Source: Alphaproteobacteria bacterium (GTDB lineage: Bacteria; Pseudomonadota; Alphaproteobacteria; UBA828). From it: DNA of 64,000 nucleotides. The notes under the pieces were generated by a model. The model had not been told where the DNA came from. It was given only the letters and a program-made list of their open reading frames with translations, and ran no database searches. A program made the translations under genes and the position numbers. Location of the stretch: positions 1,440,001 through 1,504,000 of the forward strand of contig OZ243972.1 in NCBI GenBank assembly GCA_965214705.1, in the 5' to 3' direction. Shown here one piece after another: positions 17,631 to 27,996 of this stretch; the stretch's first letter is position 1; each line of letters begins with the position of its first letter.

Positions 17631-18875
17631 TCAACGGCTGACGAGAATGGCGCGGAAGTCGTTCACGTTGGTGAGCGTCGGCCCGGTCATCACCAGATCG
17701 CCGATCCCGGCGAAGAAACCGTAGGCGTCGTTGGCAGCGAGCCGCGCGGCGGCATCCTCCCCGGCGGCGCGGGCACGCGCGAGCGTGTCGGGAGTCACCA
17801 GGGCGCCGGCGTTGTCCTCGGTGCCGTCGATCCCGTCGGTATCGCAGGCGGTGGCGAAGACACCGGGCGCACCGTCGAGGGCCGATGCCAGCGCCAGCGC
17901 GTACTCGGCGTTGGGGCCGCCGCGGCCTGCGCCGGTCACGGTCACCGTGGCCTCGCCGCCGGAGAGCAGCACCGTGCCTGGGGCCGCATCGCGGGCAAGC
18001 TGGGCGTGCTCGCTTGCCATTGCGCGCGCCTCGCCCTCCAGCGCATCGCCCAGGATCACGGGCTCGTAGCCGGCCTCGCGCGCTTCCTCGGCGGCGGCGG
18101 CAAGCGCCATCGCCGGCGTCGCCACGATCCGGGTCTCGGCGCCTGCCAGCCGGGGGTCGCCTTCCTTCGGCGTCTCGTCTGCACCGCGCTCCAGGTGCCG
18201 GATCACGGCGGCGGGTTCCGCGATCCCGTACTTCTGCAGCACGGCGAGCGCGTCCGCGAAGGTGGTGGGGTCGGGCACGGTCGGGCCCGAGCCGATCACG
18301 GCGGGATCGTCGCCCGGCACGTCGGAGATCAGGAGGCTCACGACCCGCGCGGGATGGTAGGCTGCGCCCAGGCGCCCGCCCTTGATGGCGGAGAGATGCT
18401 TGCGCACGCAGTTGATCTCGCCGATGGCCGCGCCCGAGCGCAGCAGCGCCCCGGTCATCGCCTGCTTGTCGGCGAGCGCGACCCCCGGCGCCGGCAGGGT
18501 GAGCAGCGCCGAGCCGCCGCCGGAGATCAGGCAGAGCGCGAGATCGTCCGCGCCCAGGCCCTCGGCCAGGGCGAGGATGCGGGCCGCGGCCTCGCGCCCG
18601 CCCGCGTCCGGCACCGGGTGCGCCGCCTCCACCACCTCGATCTTTGCCGTCGGCACGCGATGGCCGTAGCGCGTGACGACGAGGCCCTCCAGCGGGCCAT
18701 CCCAATGGTCTTCCACGGCCCGCGCCATGGTCGCGGCGGCCTTGCCGGCACCGATGACCACGGTGCGGCCGGCGGGCGGCTCAGGCAGGTGCGGAGGCAC
18801 GCACTGGGCCGGCTGGGCGCTCGCTAGCGCCGCATCCAGCAGGCGCCGAAGCACGAGCCTCGGGTCGTCGCTCAT
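17631..18875 (-). CDS. ttuD: Glycerate kinase type 2 / hydroxypyruvate reductase (MOFRL domain)
   Basis: GAGKAA, EAAHPVPD, ISGGGSALL, RKHLSAIKGGRL, DTDGIDG, TGPTLTNVNDFRA; adjacent to pyk as in ttuDE. Confidence 0.93.
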   Translation of the reverse strand: MSDDPRLVLRRLLDAALASAQPAQCVPPHLPEPPAGRTVVIGAGKAAATMARAVEDHWDGPLEGLVVTRYGHRVPTAKIEVVEAAHPVPDAGGREAAARILALAEGLGADDLALCLISGGGSALLTLPAPGVALADKQAMTGALLRSGAAIGEINCVRKHLSAIKGGRLGAAYHPARVVSLLISDVPGDDPAVIGSGPTVPDPTTFADALAVLQKYGIAEPAAVIRHLERGADETPKEGDPRLAGAETRIVATPAMALAAAAEEAREAGYEPVILGDALEGEARAMASEHAQLARDAAPGTVLLSGGEATVTVTGAGRGGPNAEYALALASALDGAPGVFATACDTDGIDGTEDNAGALVTPDTLARARAAGEDAAARLAANDAYGFFAGIGDLVMTGPTLTNVNDFRAILVSR

Positions 18876-19004
18876 GCCTCACCATGCCAGAGCCGCCGGC
18901 AAGCGTCATCCGCCGCCCGGCAAGCGCTGCACGGCGCGACGCGCTACCATGCCGGCGCACGTCGCCCGGCAACGGCATGGTTCGGGTGATACGGGAGCCC
19001 GCCC

Positions 19005-19883
19005 ATGACCCCTGCCCGCCGCGGCCTGCTCCTCGGCGCGGTCCTCGCGACCATCTCCGGCCTCTGCTTCAGCACCGGCGGATTCTTCGTCCGCTCGGTG
19101 TCAGTCGATCCCTGGGAGATCATCTCGGTCCGCTGCTTCTTCGCCGGGCTCGGCGTGCTCCTGATCCTCTTCGTGACCGAGCGGGGGCGGGTGTGGCCGG
19201 TGCTGCGCGCCTCGGGCTGGCCGGTGGTCGCGGTGGGCGTTGCCACCGCCTGGGGGATCATCGCCTACGTGCTCTCGATGCAGTACACGCTCGTCGCCAA
19301 CGTGATCGCGATCATGACGACGTCGACCGTCATGGTGGCCCTGCTGGCGAAGCCGGTGCTGGGCGAGCCGGTGGCACTCAGGACCTGGCTCGCGCTGCTG
19401 GGCAGCCTCTGCGGCGTCGGTGTCATGTTCTGGAGCGACGTGGGCAGCGGCGGCATCATCGGCAACCTGCTGGCGCTCTCCATCGCCGCCGCCATCGCGC
19501 TCCAGACCCTGATCGCGCGGCGCTTCCGCACCGGGCGGATGGAGCCGGCGGTGCTGATGGCGGCGGTGATCGCCGGCCTCGCCTCGCTGCCGCTGGCGCT
19601 GCCGTTCGAAGCGACGGCGCGGGAAGTGGGGTTCATGGCCGCGCTCGGCCTGGTGCAGCTCGCCTCGGCGCTCACCCTGTATTTCTACGCCGCGCGCTAC
19701 CTGCCCGCGCCGATCCTGATCTTCGTCGTGCTGATCGACGCGGTCTTCGCGCCGATCTGGGTCTGGCTCGGTTTCGGCGAGGTGCCCGGCACGCTGGTCT
19801 TCATCGGTGCCGTGGTGATCCTGGCCTCGGTGGCGGGCAACGCGCTCTTCGGGGTGTTCACCGCGCGCCGGGACCCGGACTAA
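19005..19883 (+). CDS. DMT/EamA family transporter
   Basis: About 10 hydrophobic segments; LGEPV and PIWVWLGFGEVP motifs. Confidence 0.88.
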   Translation: MTPARRGLLLGAVLATISGLCFSTGGFFVRSVSVDPWEIISVRCFFAGLGVLLILFVTERGRVWPVLRASGWPVVAVGVATAWGIIAYVLSMQYTLVANVIAIMTTSTVMVALLAKPVLGEPVALRTWLALLGSLCGVGVMFWSDVGSGGIIGNLLALSIAAAIALQTLIARRFRTGRMEPAVLMAAVIAGLASLPLALPFEATAREVGFMAALGLVQLASALTLYFYAARYLPAPILIFVVLIDAVFAPIWVWLGFGEVPGTLVFIGAVVILASVAGNALFGVFTARRDPD

Positions 19884-20752
19884 CCAGCGCGGCGTCCGTG
19901 CGTGATGGTGCCGAAGGTCACGCCCCTGAGCAGCTGATTCTGCAGCACGAACGTCACCACCACCACCGGGATCAGGAACAGCGTCTCGATCGCGGCCAGC
20001 CGGCCCCAGTCCACGCCGATGCCGCTGCCGAGGCTCCCCCCTATGCCCACCGGTACGGTCCGCGTCTCTGGCCCTGTGAGCAGCAACGCCATCAGGAACT
20101 CGTTCCAGGTAAGGATCAGGCCGAGCGTCGCGGTCGCGGCGATGCCGGCCTTTACCTGCGGCAGGCAGACGCGGAAGAAGACCCGCCACTCCGAGCTTCC
20201 TTCGGTGCGTGCGGCGTCTTCCACCGCGCGCGGCAGGTCGTCGAAGAAGCTCTTCATCATCCAGATGGCGAACGGCAGGTTGAAGGCGGTGTAGAGCAGG
20301 ATGATGCCGAGGTAGCTGCCGGCCAGCCCGGTCATGCGGAAGATCACGAAGAGCGGGATGATGAGGACGATGGGCGGCAGCATTCGCGTGGTCAGGATGA
20401 CGAGCAGATAGGTGTCGTTGCCGCGTAGGGGCCAGCGCGAGAAGCCGTAGGCCGCGCCGGCGCCGAGGATCAGCGCAAGCCCCACGCTCGCGCCCGAGAT
20501 CACGATGCTGTTGACGAAGTAGAGCTCGAACCCCGTCTCGACCAGCGCGCCGCCCTCGTAGTGCACGCGGGCGAAGATGTTGGCGAAGTTGTCGAGGGTC
20601 GGCGTGAAGGCCAGCGTCGAGGTGAGGATATCGCGCGGGCTCTTGAACGCCGTCAGCACGATCCAAAGCACCGGCAGAAAGTAGACGAAGCCCACGACCG
20701 CGCAGAGCGCGGTGCGCCCCCAACCGGCTCTATCGATTGCGCGCCGCCTCAT
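19880..20752 (-). CDS. Carbohydrate ABC transporter permease (MalG-like)
   Basis: NLPFAIWMMKSFFDDLPRAVEDAARTEG (EAA loop), WNEFLMAL; ATGA overlap with the mug stop. Confidence 0.9.
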   Translation of the reverse strand: MRRRAIDRAGWGRTALCAVVGFVYFLPVLWIVLTAFKSPRDILTSTLAFTPTLDNFANIFARVHYEGGALVETGFELYFVNSIVISGASVGLALILGAGAAYGFSRWPLRGNDTYLLVILTTRMLPPIVLIIPLFVIFRMTGLAGSYLGIILLYTAFNLPFAIWMMKSFFDDLPRAVEDAARTEGSSEWRVFFRVCLPQVKAGIAATATLGLILTWNEFLMALLLTGPETRTVPVGIGGSLGSGIGVDWGRLAAIETLFLIPVVVVTFVLQNQLLRGVTFGTITHGRRAG

Positions 20753-21291
20753 CCTCTTGCCGCCTCGCGTGCTCCGCATGCGGCGTCCGCCACTCTGCGC
20801 CAGAACGTCTCATCCCACCAGCGCCGCGCGGCGCCCGAGGTGGAGGGCAGCACGTGGATCGCGGTGTTACCGATGCGTTGCGGTTGCTCGCCGTAGTCGA
20901 AGGTCTCGGCACCGAGGAAGACGCGCGCCGCCCGCTTGCCGTTGAAGGCCAGGATGGCAGGCCGGTGTTGCGCAATCTTCGCCGCAAGCGCCGCCGCGTC
21001 GTCGGCCTCGCGGGAGAGATCGGTGTCCGCGCCCGATTCCGTCTTGCAGAGGTCGGTCAAGCCAACGCCGTAGCGCAGCACGGTGCGGAAGTCGGCCGGC
21101 GCGAGCAGGCGGGGCGTCAGCCCCACGCGGTGGAGCGTTGGCCAGAAGCGGTTGCCGGGGCCGGCATAGTAGGCGCCGACGCGGGCCGAGACCGCCCCTG
21201 CCGCGGAGCCGCAGAAGACGACTCGCAAGCCGGGGCCCAACACGTCGGGCAGAACATCCGGTGGGGTCGGGGCAGCCATGGGCCTGGCCAT
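20749..21291 (-). CDS. mug: Mismatch-specific uracil/thymine DNA glycosylase
   Basis: LPDVLGPGLRVVFCG, YAGPGNRFWPTLH, GLTDL, LPSTSGAA. Confidence 0.9.
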   Translation of the reverse strand: MARPMAAPTPPDVLPDVLGPGLRVVFCGSAAGAVSARVGAYYAGPGNRFWPTLHRVGLTPRLLAPADFRTVLRYGVGLTDLCKTESGADTDLSREADDAAALAAKIAQHRPAILAFNGKRAARVFLGAETFDYGEQPQRIGNTAIHVLPSTSGAARRWWDETFWRRVADAACGAREAARG

Positions 21292-21363
21292 ACCTCCTCT
21301 TGCGCTCGCCAGCGCGCTCTATCATAGACAGCTTGCGTTAGACGACAGCGACGGAGCGGCACG

Positions 21364-22623
21364 GTGCGGAACTTCAAGGTGGATGGCGATCGCCTGTGGG
21401 CGAGCCTCATGGAGATGGCGAAGATCGGCGCGACGGAGAAGGGCGGCGTCTGCCGCCTTGCGCTCACCGATGTGGACAAGGCGGCGCGCGACCTCTTCGT
21501 CCAGTGGTGCGAGGACGCCGGGTGCACCGTCAGCGTCGACAAGATGGGCAACATCTTTGCCCGCCGGGCGGGCAAGGACGACTCGCTCCCGCCGGTGATG
21601 ACCGGCAGCCATATCGACAGCCAGCCCACGGGCGGCAAGTTCGACGGCATCTACGGCGTGCTCGCGGGCCTCGAAGTGATCCGCAGCCTCAACGACCTCG
21701 GCTACGAGACCGACGCACCCATCGAGGTCTCGGCCTGGACCAACGAGGAGGGCTCGCGCTTCGCGCCCGCGATGGTGGCCTCCGGCGTCTTCGGCGGCGT
21801 CTTCACGCTGGAGGAAGGCCTCGCCTGCGCCGATGTCGACGGCAAGACCATCGGCGAGGAGCTGGAGCGCATCGGCTACGCCGGGGAGATGGAATGCGGC
21901 GGGCGCGAGGTCGGCGCCTTCTTCGAAGCCCACATCGAGCAGGGGCCGATCCTCGAAGCGGAGGAGAAGACCATCGGCATCGTGCAGGGGGTGCAGGGCA
22001 TCAGCTGGTTCGACGTGACCGTGACTGGTATGGAATCCCACGCCGGCACCACGCCGATGGAGCGCCGCAAGGACTCGATGGTGGGCGCCGCGAAGCTGGT
22101 CGCGGCGATCGATCAGCTCGCGCTGGACAACGCGCCCGACGCCCGTTCCACCATCGGCGTGATGCGGGTGAGCCCCAACTCCCGCAACGTGATTCCCGGC
22201 TCGGTCTACTTCTCGGTGGACCTGCGCCACCCCGACCCCGACACGCTGGCGGCGATGACCGCCGAGGCCCGGCGCCAGGCCGAGGTGCTTGCCGCCGAGC
22301 GCGGGCTAGAAATCACCTTCGAGGAGATCTGGCACTCGCCGCCCATCAAGTTCGCCGCCGATTGCGTCGGCGCCGTGCAGAACGCAGCGGAAGCCCTCGG
22401 CTATGCCAGCCAGCCGATCACCTCTGGCGCCGGCCACGACGCGGTCTACGTCTCGCGCGTCGCCCCCACCGGCATGATCTTCATCCCCTGCGAGGACGGG
22501 ATCAGCCACAACGAGATCGAGGCCGCGACCCAGTCCGACATCGCTGCTGGCTGCGACGTGCTGCTCAATGCGATGGTCGCGCTCGCCACCCGCGACGAGG
22601 ACGAGCCACGCGCGGACGCGTGA
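21364..22623 (+). CDS. Zn-dependent M20 amidohydrolase (N-carbamoyl-amino acid/beta-ureidopropionase type)
   Basis: GSHIDSQPTGGKFDG, WTNEEGSRF, EAHIEQGPILE, HAGTTPM, SGAGHDA, GISHNEIE. Confidence 0.93.
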   Translation: MRNFKVDGDRLWASLMEMAKIGATEKGGVCRLALTDVDKAARDLFVQWCEDAGCTVSVDKMGNIFARRAGKDDSLPPVMTGSHIDSQPTGGKFDGIYGVLAGLEVIRSLNDLGYETDAPIEVSAWTNEEGSRFAPAMVASGVFGGVFTLEEGLACADVDGKTIGEELERIGYAGEMECGGREVGAFFEAHIEQGPILEAEEKTIGIVQGVQGISWFDVTVTGMESHAGTTPMERRKDSMVGAAKLVAAIDQLALDNAPDARSTIGVMRVSPNSRNVIPGSVYFSVDLRHPDPDTLAAMTAEARRQAEVLAAERGLEITFEEIWHSPPIKFAADCVGAVQNAAEALGYASQPITSGAGHDAVYVSRVAPTGMIFIPCEDGISHNEIEAATQSDIAAGCDVLLNAMVALATRDEDEPRADA

Positions 22624-22632
22624 TCCCGCTCT

Positions 22633-23670
22633 CTATCCGGCAACCTCGCGGCGGACGATGGCGGCGCCCTCCACCATCGCCTTGAGCTTGCCGAACGCCG
22701 TCTCCCGCGTGAGGTACTTCATGCCGCAGTCGGGCGCGGCGACGAGACGATCCGCCGACACCACCTTGAGCGCCTCGCGCAGCCGGGCCGCCACGGTCTC
22801 CGGTCGCTCGATGGCCGGATCGTTCATGTCGATCACGCCGTAGAGGATTTCCTTCGACGGCAGGTGGGCGAGGATCGCCGGATCGAGGCCCGGTTGGGCC
22901 GCCTCTATCGAAATCTGATCGACCTCTGCCGCCTCCAGCTCCGGCAGGAAGGAATAGCCGGTGGGCTTTTGCGTCTTTATCACGGCCGCGTAGCCGAAGC
23001 AGAGGTGCAGCGCGGTCTTGCCCGTGACGCCCTCCAGCGCCCGGTTGATCGCCTTCACCGCGTAGCCGCGCGCGGCCTCGGGCCGGGCCTGCACATAGGG
23101 CTCGTCGAGCTGCACGATGTCGGCGCCGGCGGCGAAGAGGTCCTTGATCTCCTCGTTCACAGCCTCGGCGTAGTCCATGGCGAGGCTCTCGTCGTCCGGG
23201 TAGTGGGCGTTCTCCGCCTGCTGGGTCATGGTGAAGGGGCCGGGCAGCGTGATCTTGATCGCGCGCTCCGTGTTGGCGCGCAGGAACTTGACGTCGTCCA
23301 CCTCGATGGGGCGCTCGCGCCGGATCGGCCCTGAGACGAGGGGGACCGGCGCGGGATTGCCGGTGCGATCCATGTGCGTGCCGCTCCGCTCCCTGTCGAT
23401 ACCGCCGAGCGCGGTTGCGACCCGATTGGAGTAGCTCTCGCGCCTGATCTCGCCGTCGCTGATGACATCGACTCCCGCACGCTCCTGATCCCGGATCGCG
23501 GCCAGCGTCGCCGCCTCTTGCGCCTCTTCCAGATGCTCGGGCGGGATGCGCCAGATCTCGTGCGCGCGCACCCTGGGCGGCAGCCGGTTCACCAGGTTGT
23601 CCCGGTCGATAAGCCACTCCGGCTGCGGATAGCTGCCGACGACGGCGGTGGTCAGCACGGTCTCGCTCAT
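22633..23670 (-). CDS. Cobalamin-independent methionine synthase II-like protein (catalytic domain only)
   Basis: VGSYPQP, SDGE.RR, QLDEP; Zn ligands HLC, E and PDCG. Confidence 0.88.
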   Translation of the reverse strand: MSETVLTTAVVGSYPQPEWLIDRDNLVNRLPPRVRAHEIWRIPPEHLEEAQEAATLAAIRDQERAGVDVISDGEIRRESYSNRVATALGGIDRERSGTHMDRTGNPAPVPLVSGPIRRERPIEVDDVKFLRANTERAIKITLPGPFTMTQQAENAHYPDDESLAMDYAEAVNEEIKDLFAAGADIVQLDEPYVQARPEAARGYAVKAINRALEGVTGKTALHLCFGYAAVIKTQKPTGYSFLPELEAAEVDQISIEAAQPGLDPAILAHLPSKEILYGVIDMNDPAIERPETVAARLREALKVVSADRLVAAPDCGMKYLTRETAFGKLKAMVEGAAIVRREVAG

Positions 23671-23837
23671 GGCATCCGTCCCGGTCGTTGCTCAAGATCA
23701 GGCCGCCCCGGCGGCCTCGGCCACCACAGCCTACCGCTTGGGCACAGTATTGCCACATTGATCCTCTACCCCGAGGCTTGGGAATCCCGTTAGTCTGGGG
23801 CGGCGCCTGTGCGCGGCACAGCACGGAGTGAGGGGCG

Positions 23838-24668
23838 ATGAAACTCTGCCTGATCCAGATGAACAGCACACCCGACCATGGGGAGAACGTGGCCCGCGCC
23901 GCCGGTTACATCGACCGGGCGGTCGCGGCCCAAAAGCCCGATCTCGTGGTCGTGCCGGAATTCTTCAACCACCCCTACGTCTTCCAGTACCGCGACTACG
24001 CGCACATCGACGAGGCGGAGGGCGAGGACGGCATCGCCATCTCGACCATGCGTGAGAAGGCTCACGAGCACGGCATCCACGTCATCGCCACCATCTTCGA
24101 GTCCGTGTCCGCCGGCGTCTGCTACGACAGCGCCATCGTGACCGATCCCTCGGGCGCGATCCTCGGGCGTTACCGCAAGGCGCATCCGGCGGCAGTGCGC
24201 AGCCTGGAGAAAATCTACTTCCGCTACGGCTCGCACTTCCCCGTGTTCCGCATCGGCGAATGGCGTGTCGGCATAAACATCTGCTACGACACGTTCTTTC
24301 CCGAATCCGCACGCTGCGCCGCGGTCAACGGTGCGGAGCTGATCGTGGTTCCCTTCGCTGCTCCTGCGGTCGCCTGCTGGCGCGAGACCATGCAGACCCG
24401 CGCCTTCGAGAACGGAGTCTACTTCGCGCCCTGCAACAAGGTGGGGCTGGAAGGAGAGTGGACCTTCGGCGGGCGCAGCATGATCGTCGCCCCGGATTCC
24501 GAGGTGCTGGCGGAGGCGGGCGACGACGGCGACGAGACGATATTCGCCACCCTCGACCGCGCCCGCGTCTTCGAGGCCCGGCGTGCCTGGCCCATGTTTC
24601 GGGACCGCCGTCCCGATCTCTACACCTCGATCACGACACCGACGGAAGACATTCCGCGTATCGACTGA
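23838..24668 (+). CDS. Carbon-nitrogen hydrolase (nitrilase superfamily)
   Basis: Catalytic triad motifs VPEFF, YRKAH and ICYD; C-terminal FRDRRPDLY. Confidence 0.92.
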   Translation: MKLCLIQMNSTPDHGENVARAAGYIDRAVAAQKPDLVVVPEFFNHPYVFQYRDYAHIDEAEGEDGIAISTMREKAHEHGIHVIATIFESVSAGVCYDSAIVTDPSGAILGRYRKAHPAAVRSLEKIYFRYGSHFPVFRIGEWRVGINICYDTFFPESARCAAVNGAELIVVPFAAPAVACWRETMQTRAFENGVYFAPCNKVGLEGEWTFGGRSMIVAPDSEVLAEAGDDGDETIFATLDRARVFEARRAWPMFRDRRPDLYTSITTPTEDIPRID

Positions 24669-24685
24669 TCGTCGTGGCTTTGGTA

Positions 24686-26215
24686 ATGAGAACCGGCAAG
24701 CGGCTTCTGGCGAGCGCCGTCCTCGCCTGTGCTCTGGCGTTTACCGCTGCGGTGCAGCCGGCCGCTGCCTCCCTCGACCCGGTGGAGGATGGCGCGCCCG
24801 CGCCCGCCGCGCGCGCCATCCCCGTCGCGCCGGTCGATCCCGGCAGCACCGCCGGGCGCATCGTCCTCGGCGTCGCCGACTGGCTGGAGCAGCGCTTAGG
24901 CTCAGGGTCGGAGGGCGCGCGGCTCGCGCTCGACGCCCCGATGTGGGCGGAGGAACGCGGCGACGCCGTCACCCTCCACCTCCCCGGCGCACGTCTCGTG
25001 GAGCCCTCCGTGCCCCTGGCGCAGTGGGAACTCGGCGACCTCGCCATCGTGGTGACGCCGCAGAGTGAGACCGCCTACGACTTCGAGACCGCCTTGCCGC
25101 CTGCGATCGACAAGGGTCCGGACCGGCTCGCCATCGGCCAAGGCACGGTCTCCGGCACTTGGCGATCGGATCTGGAGATCACGACCCGGCTGGAAGCCAA
25201 CGCCGCCGACATCCGATTCCTGGAAGGCAAGGGCTCTCAAGCGGTGGAGACGGTGTCGCTCGGAACGCTTTCCGTCGCGGACGAGCTGGTCGAGGGCGAT
25301 GACGGGCTGTGGGACGGCCGCTCCACCCTCACTCTTTCTGAGCTCGAGGCCGAGGGGTTCAGCCTGGGCCGGCTCGACGTCGCCGGCAGCTTCGAGGATT
25401 TCGACAGCGATCTGATCCTGCAGATGCGCGGAGACTTCGGCGCGTTCGCAGGCGGTGCGAGCAGCCCGACGGCGCTCGGCGACCTTCTGATGCCTCTCGT
25501 GGAGGGCCGCTGGGGGCGATCGGAGATGACCATCACCCTGCACGATTTGACGGCGACCGGCGACGACGCGGACCTGGGCGGCGGCGAACTCTCGCTCGGT
25601 CGGCTGGAATGGCGCGTCGGCGCCGACGGTCGAGGGGACTTCGCGGACCTCTCCACGCGGATTTCGGCCGCCGACGTGGTGCTCGGCGGGGCCGCCGCCT
25701 CCGAGATCCCGCCTGCGCTCTTGCCCCACGCCGCGACCGTCGATATCGCGCTGAGCCGGTTGCCCTTGCGGAGAATTGCCGACTCCCTCTCCGGACTCGC
25801 GAAGCGGGGAGAGATGGGCGGGCCCGGCGAAGAGTCGATGATGGAGGTCATTCTGGACCACCTGGATGCGGCGGACTCGTCGTTGGAGATTCGGGACATC
25901 CACGTCGTCACGCCCTCGTGCGAGCTCCGTGCCGAGGGCCGGCTCCAGGTCGAGCCGGCGAGCGTCTTCGGCATCATCGGGCGCATGGATGCCCGCGTTC
26001 GGGGGCTGAGCGCGCTCATGGCGCTGGCAGCGGAGGAGGGCGAGGAAGACATGGTGGCCCTGCTGATCGTGCTTCAGGGTCTCGGCAGGCCGGTCTTCGA
26101 CGAGGGCGCCGACGAGCCCTTCTACGCCTACGAGATCGACCTGCGCCGCGACGGGGCCGTCACCGTCAACGGCATTCCCTTCGACATGCTCCTCGGCGAC
26201 CTTTCGCTCCGATGA
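24686..26215 (+). CDS. Exported hypothetical protein (beta-rich, DUF2125/YdgA-like C-terminus)
   Basis: Signal peptide MRTGKRLLASAVLACALAFTAAVQPAAA; C-terminal YEIDL...GAVTVNGIP. Confidence 0.65.
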   Translation: MRTGKRLLASAVLACALAFTAAVQPAAASLDPVEDGAPAPAARAIPVAPVDPGSTAGRIVLGVADWLEQRLGSGSEGARLALDAPMWAEERGDAVTLHLPGARLVEPSVPLAQWELGDLAIVVTPQSETAYDFETALPPAIDKGPDRLAIGQGTVSGTWRSDLEITTRLEANAADIRFLEGKGSQAVETVSLGTLSVADELVEGDDGLWDGRSTLTLSELEAEGFSLGRLDVAGSFEDFDSDLILQMRGDFGAFAGGASSPTALGDLLMPLVEGRWGRSEMTITLHDLTATGDDADLGGGELSLGRLEWRVGADGRGDFADLSTRISAADVVLGGAAASEIPPALLPHAATVDIALSRLPLRRIADSLSGLAKRGEMGGPGEESMMEVILDHLDAADSSLEIRDIHVVTPSCELRAEGRLQVEPASVFGIIGRMDARVRGLSALMALAAEEGEEDMVALLIVLQGLGRPVFDEGADEPFYAYEIDLRRDGAVTVNGIPFDMLLGDLSLR

Positions 26216-26246
26216 GCAGCCGCCCGGCTCAAGTTAATCGGCAAGG

Positions 26247-26933
26247 ATGACGGAACGCGTGGCACAGCGCCCGCTGACGCTGAGCCGCGAGGCGCTCGCC
26301 TCGGGCGCGATCCGTCGCTTCGTCGAAGCGCATTCGCACATCGAGACACGCAGCCCGGCGGAGCTCGCGGCCTCCCTTCGTTCGGCGCTCGCCGGCCGTG
26401 ATCTCTCCGGCGGCGTCTGGCTCTTCGCCTACGGCTCGCTGATCTGGAACCCGCTCATCGAAGTCGCCGAGAGGCGGCTCGGCACGGCCTACGGCTATCA
26501 CCGGCGCTTCTGCATCTGGTCGGAGCTCGGCCGTGGCAGCCCGGAACGGCCCGGCCTGGTGCTCGCCCTCGACCACGGCGGCGCCTGCCGTGGCGTGCTG
26601 TTACGCGTCGCGCCGGAGCGGGTCGAAAGCGAACTGGACGTAATCTGGCAGCGGGAGATGCTCACCTCGGTCTATCGCGCGCGCTGGCTTCGGGTGCGGA
26701 GCGCGGCGGGCCCCGTCGAGGCGCTCGCCTTCACCGTCAACCGCGCCCATTCGCGCTATGCGGGGCGACTCTCGGAAGAGCGCATTCTAGACGCGATCGC
26801 CGCCGCCGAAGGGCCGATCGGGCGCTGCGCTGATTACCTAATCGAGACCGTAGCCTCCCTGCGCGCCCTTGGCATCTGCGAGGCAGGCCTGGCCGCACTT
26901 AATGATCGGCTGGCAGCGCGCGGGGGCGCATAG
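26247..26933 (+). CDS. chaC: Glutathione-specific gamma-glutamylcyclotransferase
   Basis: WLFAYGSLIWNP, GYHRRFC, RGSPERPGLVLALD, QREM, GRCADYL. Confidence 0.92.
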   Translation: MTERVAQRPLTLSREALASGAIRRFVEAHSHIETRSPAELAASLRSALAGRDLSGGVWLFAYGSLIWNPLIEVAERRLGTAYGYHRRFCIWSELGRGSPERPGLVLALDHGGACRGVLLRVAPERVESELDVIWQREMLTSVYRARWLRVRSAAGPVEALAFTVNRAHSRYAGRLSEERILDAIAAAEGPIGRCADYLIETVASLRALGICEAGLAALNDRLAARGGA

Positions 26934-27015
26934 CCGCCGGAAGCGATCCACGCCGCCCCTTGCCAGGGTGCGACGGGAGCGGGATAGTCTTGCGGAAAAG
27001 GCCGGAGGCAACGGC

Positions 27016-27996
27016 ATGAGTGAAGAGTTCGACTGGGAGATCCCGCTCTCGGCGCAGCCGAAACCGGAGCAGGTGTCCTTCGACCTCGACCGCGCGCTTG
27101 GCGCCGTCGTGGGCTTGCGCGCAACCATTCCGGAAGACGCGTTCACAGCCGGGATCCTGGGAACCGAGAGGACCGGCAACGGGGTCCTGATCGGCGCAAG
27201 CGGCCTCGTGCTCACCATCGGCTACCTGGTCGCCGAGGCGGAATCGGTCTGGTTGACGGCGAGCGACGGCAGCGTGCTCGCGGGTCACGCGCTGGGCTAC
27301 GACTTCGAATCGGGGTTCGGTCTGGTGCAGGCGCTCGGCCGCTTCAACGTGCCGGCGCTCGATGTCGGCTCCTCGGCCGCCCTTGAGGTCGGTGATTTCG
27401 TCATCGTGGCTGGCGAAGGCGGCAGGCGGCGCTCGCTGAACGCCCGCGTCACCGCCAAGCGCGAATTCGCGGGCTATTGGGAATACGTGCTGGACGAGGC
27501 CGTCTTCACCGCGCCGCCGCATCCCAATTGGGGCGGGTGCGGGCTGATCGATCGCCACGGCCAGCTCGTCGGCATCGGCTCGCTGCTGGTGCGCCAGGCC
27601 GGCGCTGGCGGGGACGACACGCTCGACGGCAACATGATCGTCCCGATCGACCTGCTGAAGCCGATTCTCGACGACATGCAGACGCTTGGCCGCACTCAGC
27701 GCCCGCCCAGGCCCTGGCTCGGCGCCTACGTCACCGAGGTCGACGAGGCGCTCGTCGTCGCCGGGCTTGCGCCGGAGGGGCCGGCCGAGCAGGCGGAACT
27801 GCAGGTCGGCGATCAGGTGCTCGCGGTCAACCGGCAGCCGGTCGGCAGTCTCGTCGAGCTCTTCCGCAGCGTTTGGGCGGTGGGTGAGGCGGGCGTCGCC
27901 GTGCCGCTCACCGTGATGCGAAACGGCGAGCCCCACGAAGTCCGGGTGCTGAGCGCGACCCGCGACGAGTTCATGAAGGCCCCGCAACTGCACTGA
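27016..27996 (+). CDS. S1C (trypsin-like) protease-family protein with PDZ domain
   Basis: LVLTIGYLV, GYDFESGFGLVQ, FAGYWEY, GQLVGIGSL, RPWLG and GPAEQAELQVGD (PDZ). Confidence 0.85.
   Translation: MSEEFDWEIPLSAQPKPEQVSFDLDRALGAVVGLRATIPEDAFTAGILGTERTGNGVLIGASGLVLTIGYLVAEAESVWLTASDGSVLAGHALGYDFESGFGLVQALGRFNVPALDVGSSAALEVGDFVIVAGEGGRRRSLNARVTAKREFAGYWEYVLDEAVFTAPPHPNWGGCGLIDRHGQLVGIGSLLVRQAGAGGDDTLDGNMIVPIDLLKPILDDMQTLGRTQRPPRPWLGAYVTEVDEALVVAGLAPEGPAEQAELQVGDQVLAVNRQPVGSLVELFRSVWAVGEAGVAVPLTVMRNGEPHEVRVLSATRDEFMKAPQLH

Noticed and set aside
13604-18827. 820-aa and 952-aa + strand ORFs
   Set aside because: Antisense to the integrases, pyk and ttuD, with no motifs of their own. The same applies to 48435-50867 and 61564-63306 on the - strand.
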